A DNA stretch of 64,000 nucleotides, from assembly GCA_902363555.1 (NCBI GenBank), contig CABJAM010000002.1, positions 489,709 through 553,708 of the forward strand. Direction: 5' to 3'. Position numbers and translations under genes: made by a program. The stretch is from Lachnospiraceae bacterium. Lineage in GTDB: Bacteria > Bacillota > Clostridia > Lachnospirales > Lachnospiraceae. Below are positions 1 through 9,958 of the stretch, piece after piece (within the stretch, counting starts at the first letter, position 1; the number at the start of each line of letters is the position of its first letter). A model generated the notes under the pieces. It ran no database searches. It was not told the origin of the DNA and was given only the letters and a program-made list of their open reading frames with translations.

Positions 1-39
1 AAAGCATTGTGCAAACACACTATCACTTGGAGGCTATAA

Positions 40-1806
40 ATGAGTACAACTGGAAAGATTTTCGGAATTAATGGTCCGATAATTTATATTAAGGGCGACC
101 ATGGCTTTAAAATGTCCGAGATGGTCTACGTGGGCCAGGATCAGCTCGTGGGCGAGGTCATCGGCCTGAGCCGCGAGCGCACGATCATCCAGGTTTTTGA
201 GGAAACGACCGGCTTAAAGCCCGGAGAAGAAGTGGTGGGCACCGGCGACGCGATCTCCGTCACACTGGCTCCGGGAATCATCGGCAGCATCTTTGACGGT
301 ATAGAACGGCCGCTGGACGCCATTGCCAGACAATCCGGCGCCTTCATTGCCCGGGGTGTCTCCGTGGAATCACTGGATCCTGACAAAAAGTGGCCGGCCC
401 ATATGGTGGTCCGTGACGGCGATGCAGTCACCGGCGGCACGATCATTGCCGAGGTGCCTGAAACGAGCGCCCTCACCCATAAGATCATGGTGCCACCAAA
501 CATTGCCGGAACGATAAAAAATATCGTGCCGGACGGCGACTACACCATTCACGATGTCCTGGCCGTGGTTGTGGATTATTCCGGTAAGGAAACGCCGCTG
601 ACCATGACACAGAAATGGCCGATCCGCGTTCCCCGGCCGACAAACCAGCGTTTTCCGTCCACCTACCCGCTGATCACCGGACAGCGTATCCTGGACACAC
701 TGTTTCCCATCGCCAAGGGCGGTACGGCTGCGGTTCCCGGAGGCTTTGGCACAGGTAAGACGATGACCCAGCACCAGATCGCCAAATGGTGCGATGCGGA
801 TCTGATCATTTATATCGGCTGCGGCGAGCGTGGCAATGAGATGACCCAGGTATTGGAGGATTTCTCCAAGCTGACCGATCCCAGAACGGGCAACTCCCTT
901 ATGGAGCGGACCACCCTCATCGCCAATACATCCAACATGCCTGTGGCCGCCCGTGAAGCCAGTATTTACACCGGGCTGACCCTGGCCGAATATTACAGAG
1001 ATATGGGCTATCATGTGGCTATTATGGCCGACTCCACCTCCCGCTGGGCCGAGGCGCTGCGCGAGCTTTCCGGACGCCTTGAGGAAATGCCTGCGGAAGA
1101 AGGCTTCCCGGCGTATCTGGCATCCCGGCTGTCCGCCTTTTACGAGCGGGCTGGCTTCATGGAAACGTTAAACGGGCTGGAGGGCTCCGTATCCATTATC
1201 GGCGCCGTATCTCCCCAGGGCGGCGACTTTTCCGAGCCGGTCACACAGAATACAAAGCGTTTCGTCCGCTGCTTCTGGGGCCTTGACAAAGCGCTGGCCT
1301 ATGCCCGCCATTTCCCGGCCATCCACTGGCTCACAAGCTACAGTGAATATGTGCGGGATCTGGAACCCTGGTATAAGAAAAATGTGGGCGAGGACTTTGT
1401 TTCATGCCGCGCGCGGATTCTGGCACTGCTCACGAAGGAAAGCGAGCTCAACGAGATCGTCAAGCTCATCGGCAGCGACGTCCTGCCCGACGACCAGAAG
1501 CTGGTGCTGGAAATTGCCCGTGTGATCCGCCTGGGCTTTTTGCAGCAGAACGCCTATCACCCGTCGGACACCTACGTTCCGCTGGCCAAGCAGTTAAAAA
1601 TGATGGAGGTTATCCTCTATCTCTACGATAAATGCAGTGAGCTCATCGCGCTGAACATGCCTATGGCCCTGCTCCGTGAAAACCGGATTTTTGAAGATAT
1701 TATTTCAATCAAATATAATGTGGGCAATGACGAGCTGGAAAAGTTTGTGGATTACCACAACCAGATTGATGCCTTCTATCAGAAGCTCATGGAAGAAAAC
1801 GCGTAG
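40..1806 (+). CDS. ntpA: V-type ATP synthase catalytic subunit A
   Basis: 588 aa. Walker A GGFGTGKT and the characteristic N-terminal beta-barrel plus nucleotide-binding domain of V/A-ATPase subunit A. GGAGG RBS at 33-37. Confidence 0.95.
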   Translation: MSTTGKIFGINGPIIYIKGDHGFKMSEMVYVGQDQLVGEVIGLSRERTIIQVFEETTGLKPGEEVVGTGDAISVTLAPGIIGSIFDGIERPLDAIARQSGAFIARGVSVESLDPDKKWPAHMVVRDGDAVTGGTIIAEVPETSALTHKIMVPPNIAGTIKNIVPDGDYTIHDVLAVVVDYSGKETPLTMTQKWPIRVPRPTNQRFPSTYPLITGQRILDTLFPIAKGGTAAVPGGFGTGKTMTQHQIAKWCDADLIIYIGCGERGNEMTQVLEDFSKLTDPRTGNSLMERTTLIANTSNMPVAAREASIYTGLTLAEYYRDMGYHVAIMADSTSRWAEALRELSGRLEEMPAEEGFPAYLASRLSAFYERAGFMETLNGLEGSVSIIGAVSPQGGDFSEPVTQNTKRFVRCFWGLDKALAYARHFPAIHWLTSYSEYVRDLEPWYKKNVGEDFVSCRARILALLTKESELNEIVKLIGSDVLPDDQKLVLEIARVIRLGFLQQNAYHPSDTYVPLAKQLKMMEVILYLYDKCSELIALNMPMALLRENRIFEDIISIKYNVGNDELEKFVDYHNQIDAFYQKLMEENA

Positions 1807-1823
1807 ACAGGAGGAGGAAAGTT

Positions 1824-3332
1824 ATGTCCATAGAATATTTAGGATTAAGTAAAATCGACGGCCCTCTCATTGTGCTGGAAGGCGTCATGGATGCTTCATT
1901 TGAAGAAATTGTAGAATTAAAGGTGGATGGCACGGAAAGCAAGCTTGGCCGTATCATCGAGCTGGACGAGGACAAGGCGCTGATCCAGGTGTTTGAAGAC
2001 ACCCACAATATGTCCTTATCCAATACCCATACAAAGCTTACAGGCCACCCTATGGAAATGCCCCTTTCGGAAGATATTCTGGGCCGCACCTTCAATGGCG
2101 TGGGCCAGCCCATCGACGGCCTGGGTGAAATCGTGTCCGATATCCACCGGGATGTGAACGGAAAGCCGCTCAATCCCGTTACCAGGGAATATCCCCGAAA
2201 CTTTATACAGACCGGTATTTCCGCCATTGACGGCCTGACCACCCTCATCCGGGGGCAGAAGCTGCCAATCTTCTCCGGCAACGGCCTGCCCCACGACCAA
2301 CTGGCGGCGCAGATCGTCAAGCAGGCGTCGCTGTCGGATGACAACAGCGCTGGCCCGGCACCGGGTGCTGCTATTGCCGGCACTTCTGCGCCCGGTGCAT
2401 CCGGCGCGGGTGCCGCATCGGCTTCTGGCGCATCGATGGCCGGCGGTGCCGCCGAAAAATTCGCCGTCGTCTTTGCCGCCATGGGCGTGAAACACGATGT
2501 GGCGGAATTTTTCCGCAAGACCTTTGAGGAAAGCGGCGCGGCCAGCCATGTGGTCACCTACCTGAATCTGGCCAATGACCCGGTGGTGGAACGTACGATC
2601 ACCCCCAAGGTTGCATTGACCGCCGCCGAATACCTGGCCTTTGACCTGGGTTATCACGTACTCGTTATTTTAACCGATATGACCTCCTTTGCGGAAGCAT
2701 TGCGGGAAATTTCCTCCTCCAAGGGTGAAATCCCCAGCCGTAAAGGCTATCCCGGTTATCTGTACAGCGAGCTGGCCACCATTTATGAGCGCGCCGGCAT
2801 TGTGGCCGGACGGCCTGGTTCGGTAACGCAGATCCCCATTTTGACCATGCCCAATGATGATATTACCCATCCGATCCCTGACCTGACCGGATATATTACA
2901 GAGGGTCAGATCGTTCTGGACCGTGCGCTGCACCAGCAAAATGTCTATCCACCCATCAACGTTCTGCCATCGCTCTCCCGTCTTATGAAGGACGGCATCG
3001 GCGAAGGCTTTACCCGGGAGGATCACCAGGATGTGGCCAACCAGCTTTTCTCCGCCTATGCCAAGGTGGGCGAGGCCCGGGCGCTGGCATCGGTTATCGG
3101 TGAGGACGAGCTGTCGCCGGTGGATAAAAAGTATCTGGCATTCGGCAAGGCTTTTGAAACGGAATTTGTCGGCCAGGACCTCTTTGAAAACCGCTCCATC
3201 ACGGAGACGCTCAATATCGGATGGAAGCTGCTGCGGATGCTTCCCAAGGATGAACTGGACCGCATTGATACGAAGCTATTAAACAAATATTATAATTCAG
3301 GCTCGGAGGATAGCCCCGCGGAGGCCGAATAA
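1824..3332 (+). CDS. ntpB: V-type ATP synthase subunit B, carrying a low-complexity insertion
   Basis: 502 aa. Conserved V-ATPase B motifs ([14 protein letters not shown]). RBS GGAGGAGGAAAG upstream. Contains an unusual ~40-aa Ala/Gly/Ser-rich insert. Confidence 0.95.
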   Translation: MSIEYLGLSKIDGPLIVLEGVMDASFEEIVELKVDGTESKLGRIIELDEDKALIQVFEDTHNMSLSNTHTKLTGHPMEMPLSEDILGRTFNGVGQPIDGLGEIVSDIHRDVNGKPLNPVTREYPRNFIQTGISAIDGLTTLIRGQKLPIFSGNGLPHDQLAAQIVKQASLSDDNSAGPAPGAAIAGTSAPGASGAGAASASGASMAGGAAEKFAVVFAAMGVKHDVAEFFRKTFEESGAASHVVTYLNLANDPVVERTITPKVALTAAEYLAFDLGYHVLVILTDMTSFAEALREISSSKGEIPSRKGYPGYLYSELATIYERAGIVAGRPGSVTQIPILTMPNDDITHPIPDLTGYITEGQIVLDRALHQQNVYPPINVLPSLSRLMKDGIGEGFTREDHQDVANQLFSAYAKVGEARALASVIGEDELSPVDKKYLAFGKAFETEFVGQDLFENRSITETLNIGWKLLRMLPKDELDRIDTKLLNKYYNSGSEDSPAEAE

Positions 3333-3482
3333 ACGGACGCCGAATTGTTATTCGGTCAGCTAATGTCTGTTCGATTTCAGACCGCAAGCCGATGGCTGAC
3401 TGCATTTTGGCCACAACCCCATGGCCGCTCAAATTTAGGCGGCCAACATCTGAAAAAGCATTTATAAAGGAGGTGGCTGCGT

Positions 3483-4115
3483 ATGGACCCAAATGAATTT
3501 CCCACCAAAGGAAATTTAATGCTTGCAAAAAATTCATTGGCTCTGGCCACCCAGGGCTATGATTTGATGGATAAAAAACGGAATATCCTCATCCGTGAAC
3601 TGATGGAGCTGACCCAGAAGGCCCAGGATATCCAGAAGGAAATCGATGTGACCTTCAAAACCGCCTATGCGGCGCTCCAGAAGGCCAATATTGAGATGGG
3701 TATTATGAATGTGGAAAATATTTCTTATACAGTGCCTGAGGAAACCGGCATCCGCATAAAATACCGCAGTATCATGGGCACGGAAATCCCTCTTGTGGAG
3801 GCACCCCCGCCTCAGGGCCGGCCCACCTACGACTTTTTCCATTCCACTATGGCCCTGGATGAGGCGGTGTATAATTTCAGCCGCGTGAAGGAGCTGACGA
3901 TCAAGCTGGCAACGGTGGAGACAAGCGCCTACCGCCTGGCCGCCAGTATCATCAAGACCCGGAAGCGGGCCAATGCACTGCAAAACATTACGATCCCCCG
4001 GTACTCGGAGCTGGTAAAGACGATACAGACGGCGCTGGAGGAAAAAGAGCGTGAGGATTTCACACGGCTTAAAGTGATCAAGCGCAGGAAAATGCAGCAG
4101 AGCCGCGACAGGTGA
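3483..4115 (+). CDS. ntpD: V-type ATP synthase subunit D
   Basis: 210 aa coiled-coil protein. N-terminus PTKGNLMLAKNSLALATQGYDLMDKKRNIL is typical of the V-ATPase D stalk. RBS AAAGGAGG. Confidence 0.9.
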   Translation: MDPNEFPTKGNLMLAKNSLALATQGYDLMDKKRNILIRELMELTQKAQDIQKEIDVTFKTAYAALQKANIEMGIMNVENISYTVPEETGIRIKYRSIMGTEIPLVEAPPPQGRPTYDFFHSTMALDEAVYNFSRVKELTIKLATVETSAYRLAASIIKTRKRANALQNITIPRYSELVKTIQTALEEKEREDFTRLKVIKRRKMQQSRDR

Positions 4116-4150
4116 TGACCGCAGAAATTAAAACTAAAAAGATTCGGGCA

Positions 4151-4200
4151 GCAGCCCCGGAGCCGGATGCGTAATTTCCGGTTCCGGGGCTGCGCTTTTG
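4151..4200 (+). terminator. rho-independent terminator after the ntp operon
   Basis: GC stem GCAGCCCCGG...CCGGGGCTGC followed by GCTTTTG. Confidence 0.6.
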
Positions 4201-4231
4201 TCGGTCCGGATAACGTCCACTTTAGTGCATT

Positions 4232-4349
4232 AAAAAATCTTGTTTTACGTATATTTTTGTATTGCAAAAATCTTGTTTTCGTGATAATTCTATCTTGTAA
4301 AAATCTTGTTTTCGTGGTATCATAGTTTTATAAAAATCTTGTTTCGGTG
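4232..4349 (+). repeat. four direct repeats of about 19 bp (AAAAATCTTGTTTTCGTG) with about 33-bp period, immediately upstream of the AAA-ATPase gene
   Basis: Copies at 4232-4250, 4265-4283, 4298-4316 and 4331-4349, read directly from the sequence. Confidence 0.7.
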
Positions 4350-4371
4350 TATGTCCACATAAATATACTTT

Positions 4372-5745
4372 TTGTTTGCAGAAAGGAGTCCTATGGAGAG
4401 AAAGATTTTTTCTGAATTATTAAAATGGAAAAACGAAAGCGCCGGAAGGACCGCTTTATTAATTGATGGTGCACGCCGTGTCGGAAAGAGCTACATCGCG
4501 GAAAAATTTGCCCAAAATCAGTATCGGTCCTATATTCTTATTGACTTTAACCGGGTCGGGGATGAGGTAAAGGAACTTTTTTCCCGCTATCTGAACGATC
4601 TGGATACGCTTTTTGTATACCTATCCACATATTATAACGTAAAACTATACGCACACGAATCACTTATTATTTTCGATGAGGTTCAACTGTTCCCCAAAGC
4701 CCGTGCTGCCATCAAATATCTAGTCGGTGACGGTCGGTATGACTACATCGAAACCGGATCCCTTATGTCTATCAAAAAAAATGTTCAAGATATCGTCATT
4801 CCATCCGAAGAACGCCACTTGAAATTATATCCCATGGACTTCGAGGAATTTTTATGGGCGATGGATAATCATACACTTATGGACATGATTCGGAACTGCT
4901 ATGAAAAGAAATGTGCCATGGGGCAGGCATTGCACAGAAAAGCCATGGATTACTTCAGACAATATCTGATTGTTGGCGGAATGCCGCAGGCAGTTCAGGA
5001 ATATGTGAAAACCCGCGATTTTGACAAAGTTGACCTTATAAAACGAGATATACTCACGCTTTACCGTGCAGATATCGTCAAACACGCTCAGGGCTATGAG
5101 ATGAAGGTAGAAAGTATATTTGACGAAATCCCGGCCCAACTGCAAAAACACGAAAAAAAATTCAAGCTCTCATCGTTGAAAAAGGATGCACGTTTCAGAG
5201 AGTATGAAGATGCGCTGTTTTGGCTGGATGATGCTATGATCATAAATATATGCTATAATTCTACCGCGCCAAACATCGGCTTAAAGCTTAATATGGACCG
5301 TATGACACTTAAATGCTACATGGGCGATACCGGACTGCTTATAAGTCATTCTTTTGACGAAAACGGAATTGTCAGCGAGGAGCTATATAAAAAGCTGCTT
5401 TTCGATAAGCTTGAGGTAAATAAAGGGATGCTTATAGAGAATATTGTTGCCCAAATGCTTACAGCCACAGGCCATAAGTTATACTTTTACTCAAACCCCT
5501 CCCGAAGTGACAGCAGCTCCCGTATGGAAATCGACTTTTTAATTGCCAAAAGCAAAATCAGCAACCGGCATAATATTTCTCCCATAGAAGTGAAGTCCGG
5601 CAAAAATTATACGTTATCCTCAATCCGTAAATTTCAAACAAAATATGCCGGGCAGACATATATCCCTTATGTTCTTCACACAGGCGATTTAAAGGAAGCA
5701 GATGGAATCACATATTTGCCGCTCTATATGACACCGTTGCTCTGA
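4372..5745 (+). CDS. AAA-family ATPase with C-terminal DUF4143 domain
   Basis: P-loop GARRVGKSY. Typical AAA_14/DUF4143 architecture. RBS AAAGGAG. Confidence 0.8.
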   Translation: MFAERSPMERKIFSELLKWKNESAGRTALLIDGARRVGKSYIAEKFAQNQYRSYILIDFNRVGDEVKELFSRYLNDLDTLFVYLSTYYNVKLYAHESLIIFDEVQLFPKARAAIKYLVGDGRYDYIETGSLMSIKKNVQDIVIPSEERHLKLYPMDFEEFLWAMDNHTLMDMIRNCYEKKCAMGQALHRKAMDYFRQYLIVGGMPQAVQEYVKTRDFDKVDLIKRDILTLYRADIVKHAQGYEMKVESIFDEIPAQLQKHEKKFKLSSLKKDARFREYEDALFWLDDAMIINICYNSTAPNIGLKLNMDRMTLKCYMGDTGLLISHSFDENGIVSEELYKKLLFDKLEVNKGMLIENIVAQMLTATGHKLYFYSNPSRSDSSSRMEIDFLIAKSKISNRHNISPIEVKSGKNYTLSSIRKFQTKYAGQTYIPYVLHTGDLKEADGITYLPLYMTPLL

Positions 5746-5749
5746 ATTT

Positions 5750-5775
5750 CCGGAGGCCCCTAAACAGGCCTCCGG
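5750..5775. terminator. bidirectional hairpin terminator between convergent genes
   Basis: CCGGAGGCC-CCTAAACA-GGCCTCCGG, a perfect 9-bp stem. Confidence 0.6.
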
Positions 5776-5805
5776 CTTTCTATATTACAAGCTTCCCTGA
5801 ATTAG

Positions 5806-7746
5806 TCACAGAGCCCTGTTAATCTGAAAGCATCTCTGGCAGACACCGAAGGCATAGCCGACGGGCAGCTTCCGCCCGCAATAGCGGCAGGTGGAAATAT
5901 AATTCTGCTTTCCCTTTAAGAGAAAGCGCATGATCTTACTCTCAGTCTGCGCCCGTTCCCGCGCCAGCCACTTTGTATCGATCACCTTGCCCATGCGCAC
6001 GGAAAACTGATAGTACAGATCCAGCGCCTTGTAATAAGTCTCATACTTCATAATCCCCGGCAGGCCGCAGTCCTTTAACTCCGGCCGCGGCAGAGACACG
6101 TCCGCCGTATAGGTTTCACAATACTTCAGCCATAAAGCGACCACCTGCCGGTCCTTCACGTCAATGGGACAACTGATCATTTTATAAAGCATATATTTAT
6201 TGTCAAAGCCATCGATCCGCTCCTTATGCCGGCGCGCCTGGTCATATAAAAACAGGGTATCATCAATACTGACCTTCATAAATGGCGGAGATGTCTCCAC
6301 GGAATGCCAAACCTTTAAAATAACATCCAGGGGTTCTTTCATATCCAGCAGTACCTGTGGAAATCCCAGGCTGACCGTCTCTATATTATCCTCCACGGCA
6401 TCAAACCTCTGACGGATATAATCCAGCTCCTCATCCCCCATAGCGGACACGAAACCTGTTTCATAAAGTCCATATCTGCCCGCTCTGCCGGCGATCTGCT
6501 TGATCTCAGGAACGGCCAGTGGCCGCCGGGAAATACCGTCAAACTTTTCGGTCTGCACAAAGACAATACGCCGCACCGGCAGATTCAGCCCCATACCAAT
6601 GGCATCTGTGGCCACAACCACCTTTGTACGGCCCTCGGCGAACATCTGGACCTGGCGGCGGCGTATTTCCGGGGGCAGGCTTCCATAAATAACACTGGCC
6701 AAAACCCCCCGTTCCTCCAGCCGCCCGGCCACATCCAAAACGGATTTTTTAGAAAATACGATCAGCGCATCCCCGGCCTGAACGTCATCAGGAAATACAA
6801 AGGGCTCTTCCTCGCACAGAAGCTGCGTCTTGCGCTCGTACCGGCATATATCACAATGATCGCCGCAAAGCCCGATGAGGTGCGTCACCACGGGCTCCGC
6901 CGCCGGACTCAGACAAACATGGATCTCCTCCGCCCGTATCCCCAAAATCGCCCGCGTCCACGAATGGCCCCGGCCGGTATCCGCAACAAGCTGAGCCTCA
7001 TCGATCACCGCAATATCAAATGTATCGTCAATATTCAGCATTTCAATAGTCGAGGCCGTGACGCGGCTGTGAGGCTCCTCGATGCACTCCTGTCCGGTAA
7101 GCATGGTGCACGGCGTGCCGTACTCCTTCATTTTTTCATAAACCTCCAGAGCCAGCAGTCTCAGCGGCCCCAGGTACACCCCATGCCGGGCATTTTTCAA
7201 ATACTCCAGAGCGTGAAAGGTCTTGCCGCTGTTGGTGGGGCCTATGTGCAATATGAAATGGCGGCTCATCTCCAGGGCTTTGGGAAACTCCATCTCAGGC
7301 CTGGATGGCACCAGCTCGGTTATCCTGTTTTCTATACAAAACCTCCGGTAATTCTGACACATCTCAAACAAAGATTTCGTGCAGACTGCCCCAGGCATTT
7401 CCCGCAGAATATAATCCTTAAAGCCGTCATCCAGAGCACTGCGCTCCTCCGGCAGCAGCAATGCCAGGTCCAGCCGCACAAGTTCTGGAATCAGTACCGA
7501 TATAATATTATCTGCAGCGTTCCTGTTTTTATATCGAACGGCCGTATGCAGCAGATTTTTAATCTGCCGGTGGTAATCCTCCAGTATGGATTTACTCACC
7601 TGCCGTACACCGGCCCGCTTCAAAGTCCTCATTAACGCACTGATGCGCTTTTCATAGCCGGACGTCCGGTTTGTTCCGCTCTTTCGTTTCGCGTCATGTC
7701 TGTATTGTTCCACATAAAGCTGTATTAAATCATCCTCAAGTATCAT
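5806..7746 (-). CDS. SUV3-like ATP-dependent helicase with C-terminal zinc ribbon
   Basis: Motif I GPTNSGKT and a DEAD/helicase C-terminal domain. Terminal CxxC...CxxC (CRYCGRKL...CQRC). ATG at 7746 preceded by AGGTGGA. The track's extra N-terminal M is a GTG. Confidence 0.8.
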   Translation of the reverse strand: MILEDDLIQLYVEQYRHDAKRKSGTNRTSGYEKRISALMRTLKRAGVRQVSKSILEDYHRQIKNLLHTAVRYKNRNAADNIISVLIPELVRLDLALLLPEERSALDDGFKDYILREMPGAVCTKSLFEMCQNYRRFCIENRITELVPSRPEMEFPKALEMSRHFILHIGPTNSGKTFHALEYLKNARHGVYLGPLRLLALEVYEKMKEYGTPCTMLTGQECIEEPHSRVTASTIEMLNIDDTFDIAVIDEAQLVADTGRGHSWTRAILGIRAEEIHVCLSPAAEPVVTHLIGLCGDHCDICRYERKTQLLCEEEPFVFPDDVQAGDALIVFSKKSVLDVAGRLEERGVLASVIYGSLPPEIRRRQVQMFAEGRTKVVVATDAIGMGLNLPVRRIVFVQTEKFDGISRRPLAVPEIKQIAGRAGRYGLYETGFVSAMGDEELDYIRQRFDAVEDNIETVSLGFPQVLLDMKEPLDVILKVWHSVETSPPFMKVSIDDTLFLYDQARRHKERIDGFDNKYMLYKMISCPIDVKDRQVVALWLKYCETYTADVSLPRPELKDCGLPGIMKYETYYKALDLYYQFSVRMGKVIDTKWLARERAQTESKIMRFLLKGKQNYISTCRYCGRKLPVGYAFGVCQRCFQINRAL

Positions 7747-7797
7747 CACTTATCCACCTGTCATTTTTCTTTGCCGCACAGCCGCTAAACCATATAA

Positions 7798-7827
7798 GTA
7801 ACCGTTCAAAAACGCCGAACGTTTACC
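7798..7827. repeat. palindromic intergenic repeat (GTAAC..GTTAC family) copy
   Basis: GTAACCGTTCAAAAACGCCGAACGTTTACC. Confidence 0.6.
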
Positions 7828-8139
7828 TAAAAGGCGCTGCGGCAGTCATCTTTAATAAGTTTATCATTTATCTGCAAATTCGACAAGGTCTTGGCGGCCT
7901 TTCTTTGGCTGGACCATAACAAGCCCAAGGGAGGGCAAACTGTTTTCCCAACTCACATATATGACTGGTGACGGATTTTATGAAAAGATACATTGCAGCA
8001 TCTATAAAAAACGCTTATAATAGTAATTACCCTAATTGACAAGCAGGTCATCAATCTCCCTGGGGAACTTGGGGGCAAATTATAATAGGAGCATAAATTC
8101 TAAGCATTTTAAGCCTGGCACTTTCTCTTGAGAAAAAAA

Positions 8140-8192
8140 GTGGCGGTAAAATATGTGGCGGTAAAAAGTGGCGGTAAAAAAGTGGCGGTAAA
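8140..8192 (+). repeat. four tandem copies of GTGGCGGTAAA (period 13-15 bp) upstream of the Crp/Fnr regulator gene
   Basis: Copies at 8140, 8155, 8168 and 8182, read directly from the sequence. Confidence 0.7.
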
Positions 8193-8256
8193 TATATTAT
8201 AGTAAATATGTTGCAGTCTGAAGAAAGCGTCTGTGAAAAAAAGCAAGGAGGTAATT

Positions 8257-8925
8257 ATGGAGCTTGAACAATATTTTCCATTCTGGAATAAATTAACTCA
8301 CGAACAGCAGCAGCGGCTGGAGGCCAGCGCAAGCCAGAGACAGTACCCGGCGGGCACCATCGTCCACAGTGGACGCCATGACTGCCTTGGTCTGCTTTTG
8401 ATCTTATCCGGCCAGCTTCGGGTTTACATAATTACAGAGGAAGGCAAGGAGCTGACGCTCTACCGTCTGTTTGACCGGGATATATGCCTGTTCACTGCAT
8501 CCTGCATTATGAACAGCATCCAATTCGATGTCACCATCAGCGCGGACCAGGACACCACGGTTTTACATATCCCACCGGACGTTTACAAACAATGTATGCA
8601 GGAATCCGCCCCGGCTTCCAATTATATTAATGAGCTGATGGCCTCAAGATTTTCAGATGTGATGTGGATTCTGGACCAGGTGCTGAGCAAAAAACTGGAT
8701 ACACGGCTGTCCGCATTTCTGATTGAGGAAAGTGAGCTTTCCGGCAAATCAAAGCTTGTTATGACCCATGAGCAGATCGCCAATCATCTGGGCAGCGCGC
8801 GGGAGGTCATTTCCCGAATGTTAAAATATATGCAAAATGAAGGTCTGGTAAAGCTTGGCCGAGGCAGTATCACACTGACCGATACCCCCGGGCTTACTCA
8901 GCTCGCACAGGCAAGCCTGCGATAA
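8257..8925 (+). CDS. Crp/Fnr family transcriptional regulator
   Basis: cNMP-binding fold plus C-terminal HTH (EQIANHLGSAREVISRMLKYMQNEGLV). AAGGAGG RBS 6 nt before the ATG at 8257. Confidence 0.85.
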   Translation: MELEQYFPFWNKLTHEQQQRLEASASQRQYPAGTIVHSGRHDCLGLLLILSGQLRVYIITEEGKELTLYRLFDRDICLFTASCIMNSIQFDVTISADQDTTVLHIPPDVYKQCMQESAPASNYINELMASRFSDVMWILDQVLSKKLDTRLSAFLIEESELSGKSKLVMTHEQIANHLGSAREVISRMLKYMQNEGLVKLGRGSITLTDTPGLTQLAQASLR

Positions 8926-9071
8926 AGCGGTTCCCACCCCAGCCAAATAGCGGCGCCCAATCCGTAAGAGGTTCCCGGACTAATGTCGACGCTCTAAATG
9001 TAACAAAGTCACAGAACGGTTTTCCGGTTTGTGTTATGATAAGCTCATCAAAAAGATAAGGAGTGATTCAT

Positions 9072-9380
9072 ATGTCAGTTATAACAATAAATAATAACAA
9101 CTTTTCACAGGAGGTACTCAATTCCGATAAGACCGTCCTTGTTGATTTCTTCGCCACATGGTGCGGGCCATGTAAAATGCTCACCCCCATCGTTCACGAA
9201 TTAGCCGATGAGCATCCCGAGGTTAAGGTTTGCAAAATCGATGTGGATCAGGAACAGGAGCTTGCACGTCAGTTTCAGGTGATGAGCATCCCCACGTTAA
9301 TCGTATTTAAGAACGGACAGCCGGTAAATAAATCCCTTGGCCTGAAATCTAAAAAAGATCTGGAAGCAATGATCAAATAA
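9072..9380 (+). CDS. trxA: thioredoxin
   Basis: WCGPCK active site. 102 aa. RBS AAGGAG. Confidence 0.9.
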   Translation: MSVITINNNNFSQEVLNSDKTVLVDFFATWCGPCKMLTPIVHELADEHPEVKVCKIDVDQEQELARQFQVMSIPTLIVFKNGQPVNKSLGLKSKKDLEAMIK

Positions 9381-9486
9381 CGAAACCGTTAAAAAGAGCC
9401 GAACCATTACCCATTAGTTTCCCCCCCCGCCGTGCTGGGGCGCGGCAGTCGCTATAATGGACGCGTTGCTTCCGCGTAACAAAAAA

Positions 9487-9525
9487 AGCCCGCCAGTTGT
9501 TTAAAACCGGCGGGCTTTTTGCTGC
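9487..9525. terminator. rho-independent terminator between convergent genes
   Basis: GCCCGCCAG...CCGGCGGGC stem followed by TTTTTG. Confidence 0.65.
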
Positions 9526-9556
9526 TTTGACATGATCGATTCCGTCCTGATGACCG

Positions 9557-9832
9557 CTACGCTTCACTCCTGCCGAAACGCTGGTCGGCGGCAGTCGTCA
9601 CCATCTCATCCCAAGAGGAGAACCGGGTGCTTTCTCGCACAAAGTTATCCATAAGCAGCTTTGCATAAACCATTCGGTCCGCATTCCAGTTGGTGATCAC
9701 AGCGCTGGAATACTGAAAGCCTTCAAAATCTTTAAAATTTGTGTTCTCCTGCATAAACTCATCTGTAAAAATCGTCCGCAGCAGCTTCCTGAAATTCTCA
9801 TCGGTATCTACGCGTACATATCCGTCATCCAT
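9557..9832 (-). CDS. hypothetical protein (91 aa)
   Basis: ORF with a plausible AAAGGA RBS. No recognisable motif. Could be a gene fragment. Confidence 0.4.
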   Translation of the reverse strand: MDDGYVRVDTDENFRKLLRTIFTDEFMQENTNFKDFEGFQYSSAVITNWNADRMVYAKLLMDNFVRESTRFSSWDEMVTTAADQRFGRSEA

Positions 9833-9929
9833 AATATCCTGTCCTTTAACCCTGTAACACCTCAGCTTACCTGAACTGCCACACTATTTTTGTAACGATC
9901 CAGCTCACCTGAACTGCCGCACTATTTTT

Positions 9930-9958
9930 GTAACAGCTCGGCCCCTCTGAACGGTTAC
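9930..9958. repeat. palindromic intergenic repeat copy, preceded by two degenerate tandem half-copies (9868-9934)
   Basis: GTAACAGCTCGGCCCCTCTGAACGGTTAC directly after the DUF362 stop codon. Confidence 0.6.

Noticed and set aside
141-2657. Several minus-strand ORFs (141-503, 370-1014, 1787-2557, 2016-2657) lying inside ntpA/ntpB
   Set aside because: They are antisense to strongly conserved ATPase genes, GC-rich, low-complexity and without RBS. Treated as frame artefacts.
8140-8192. CRISPR array
   Set aside because: 11-bp units with 2-4-bp spacers are far too short. No cas genes in the window.
9373-9567. 64-aa minus-strand ORF between trxA and the convergent small gene
   Set aside because: It spans the intrinsic terminator hairpin and a poly-C tract. 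No RBS.
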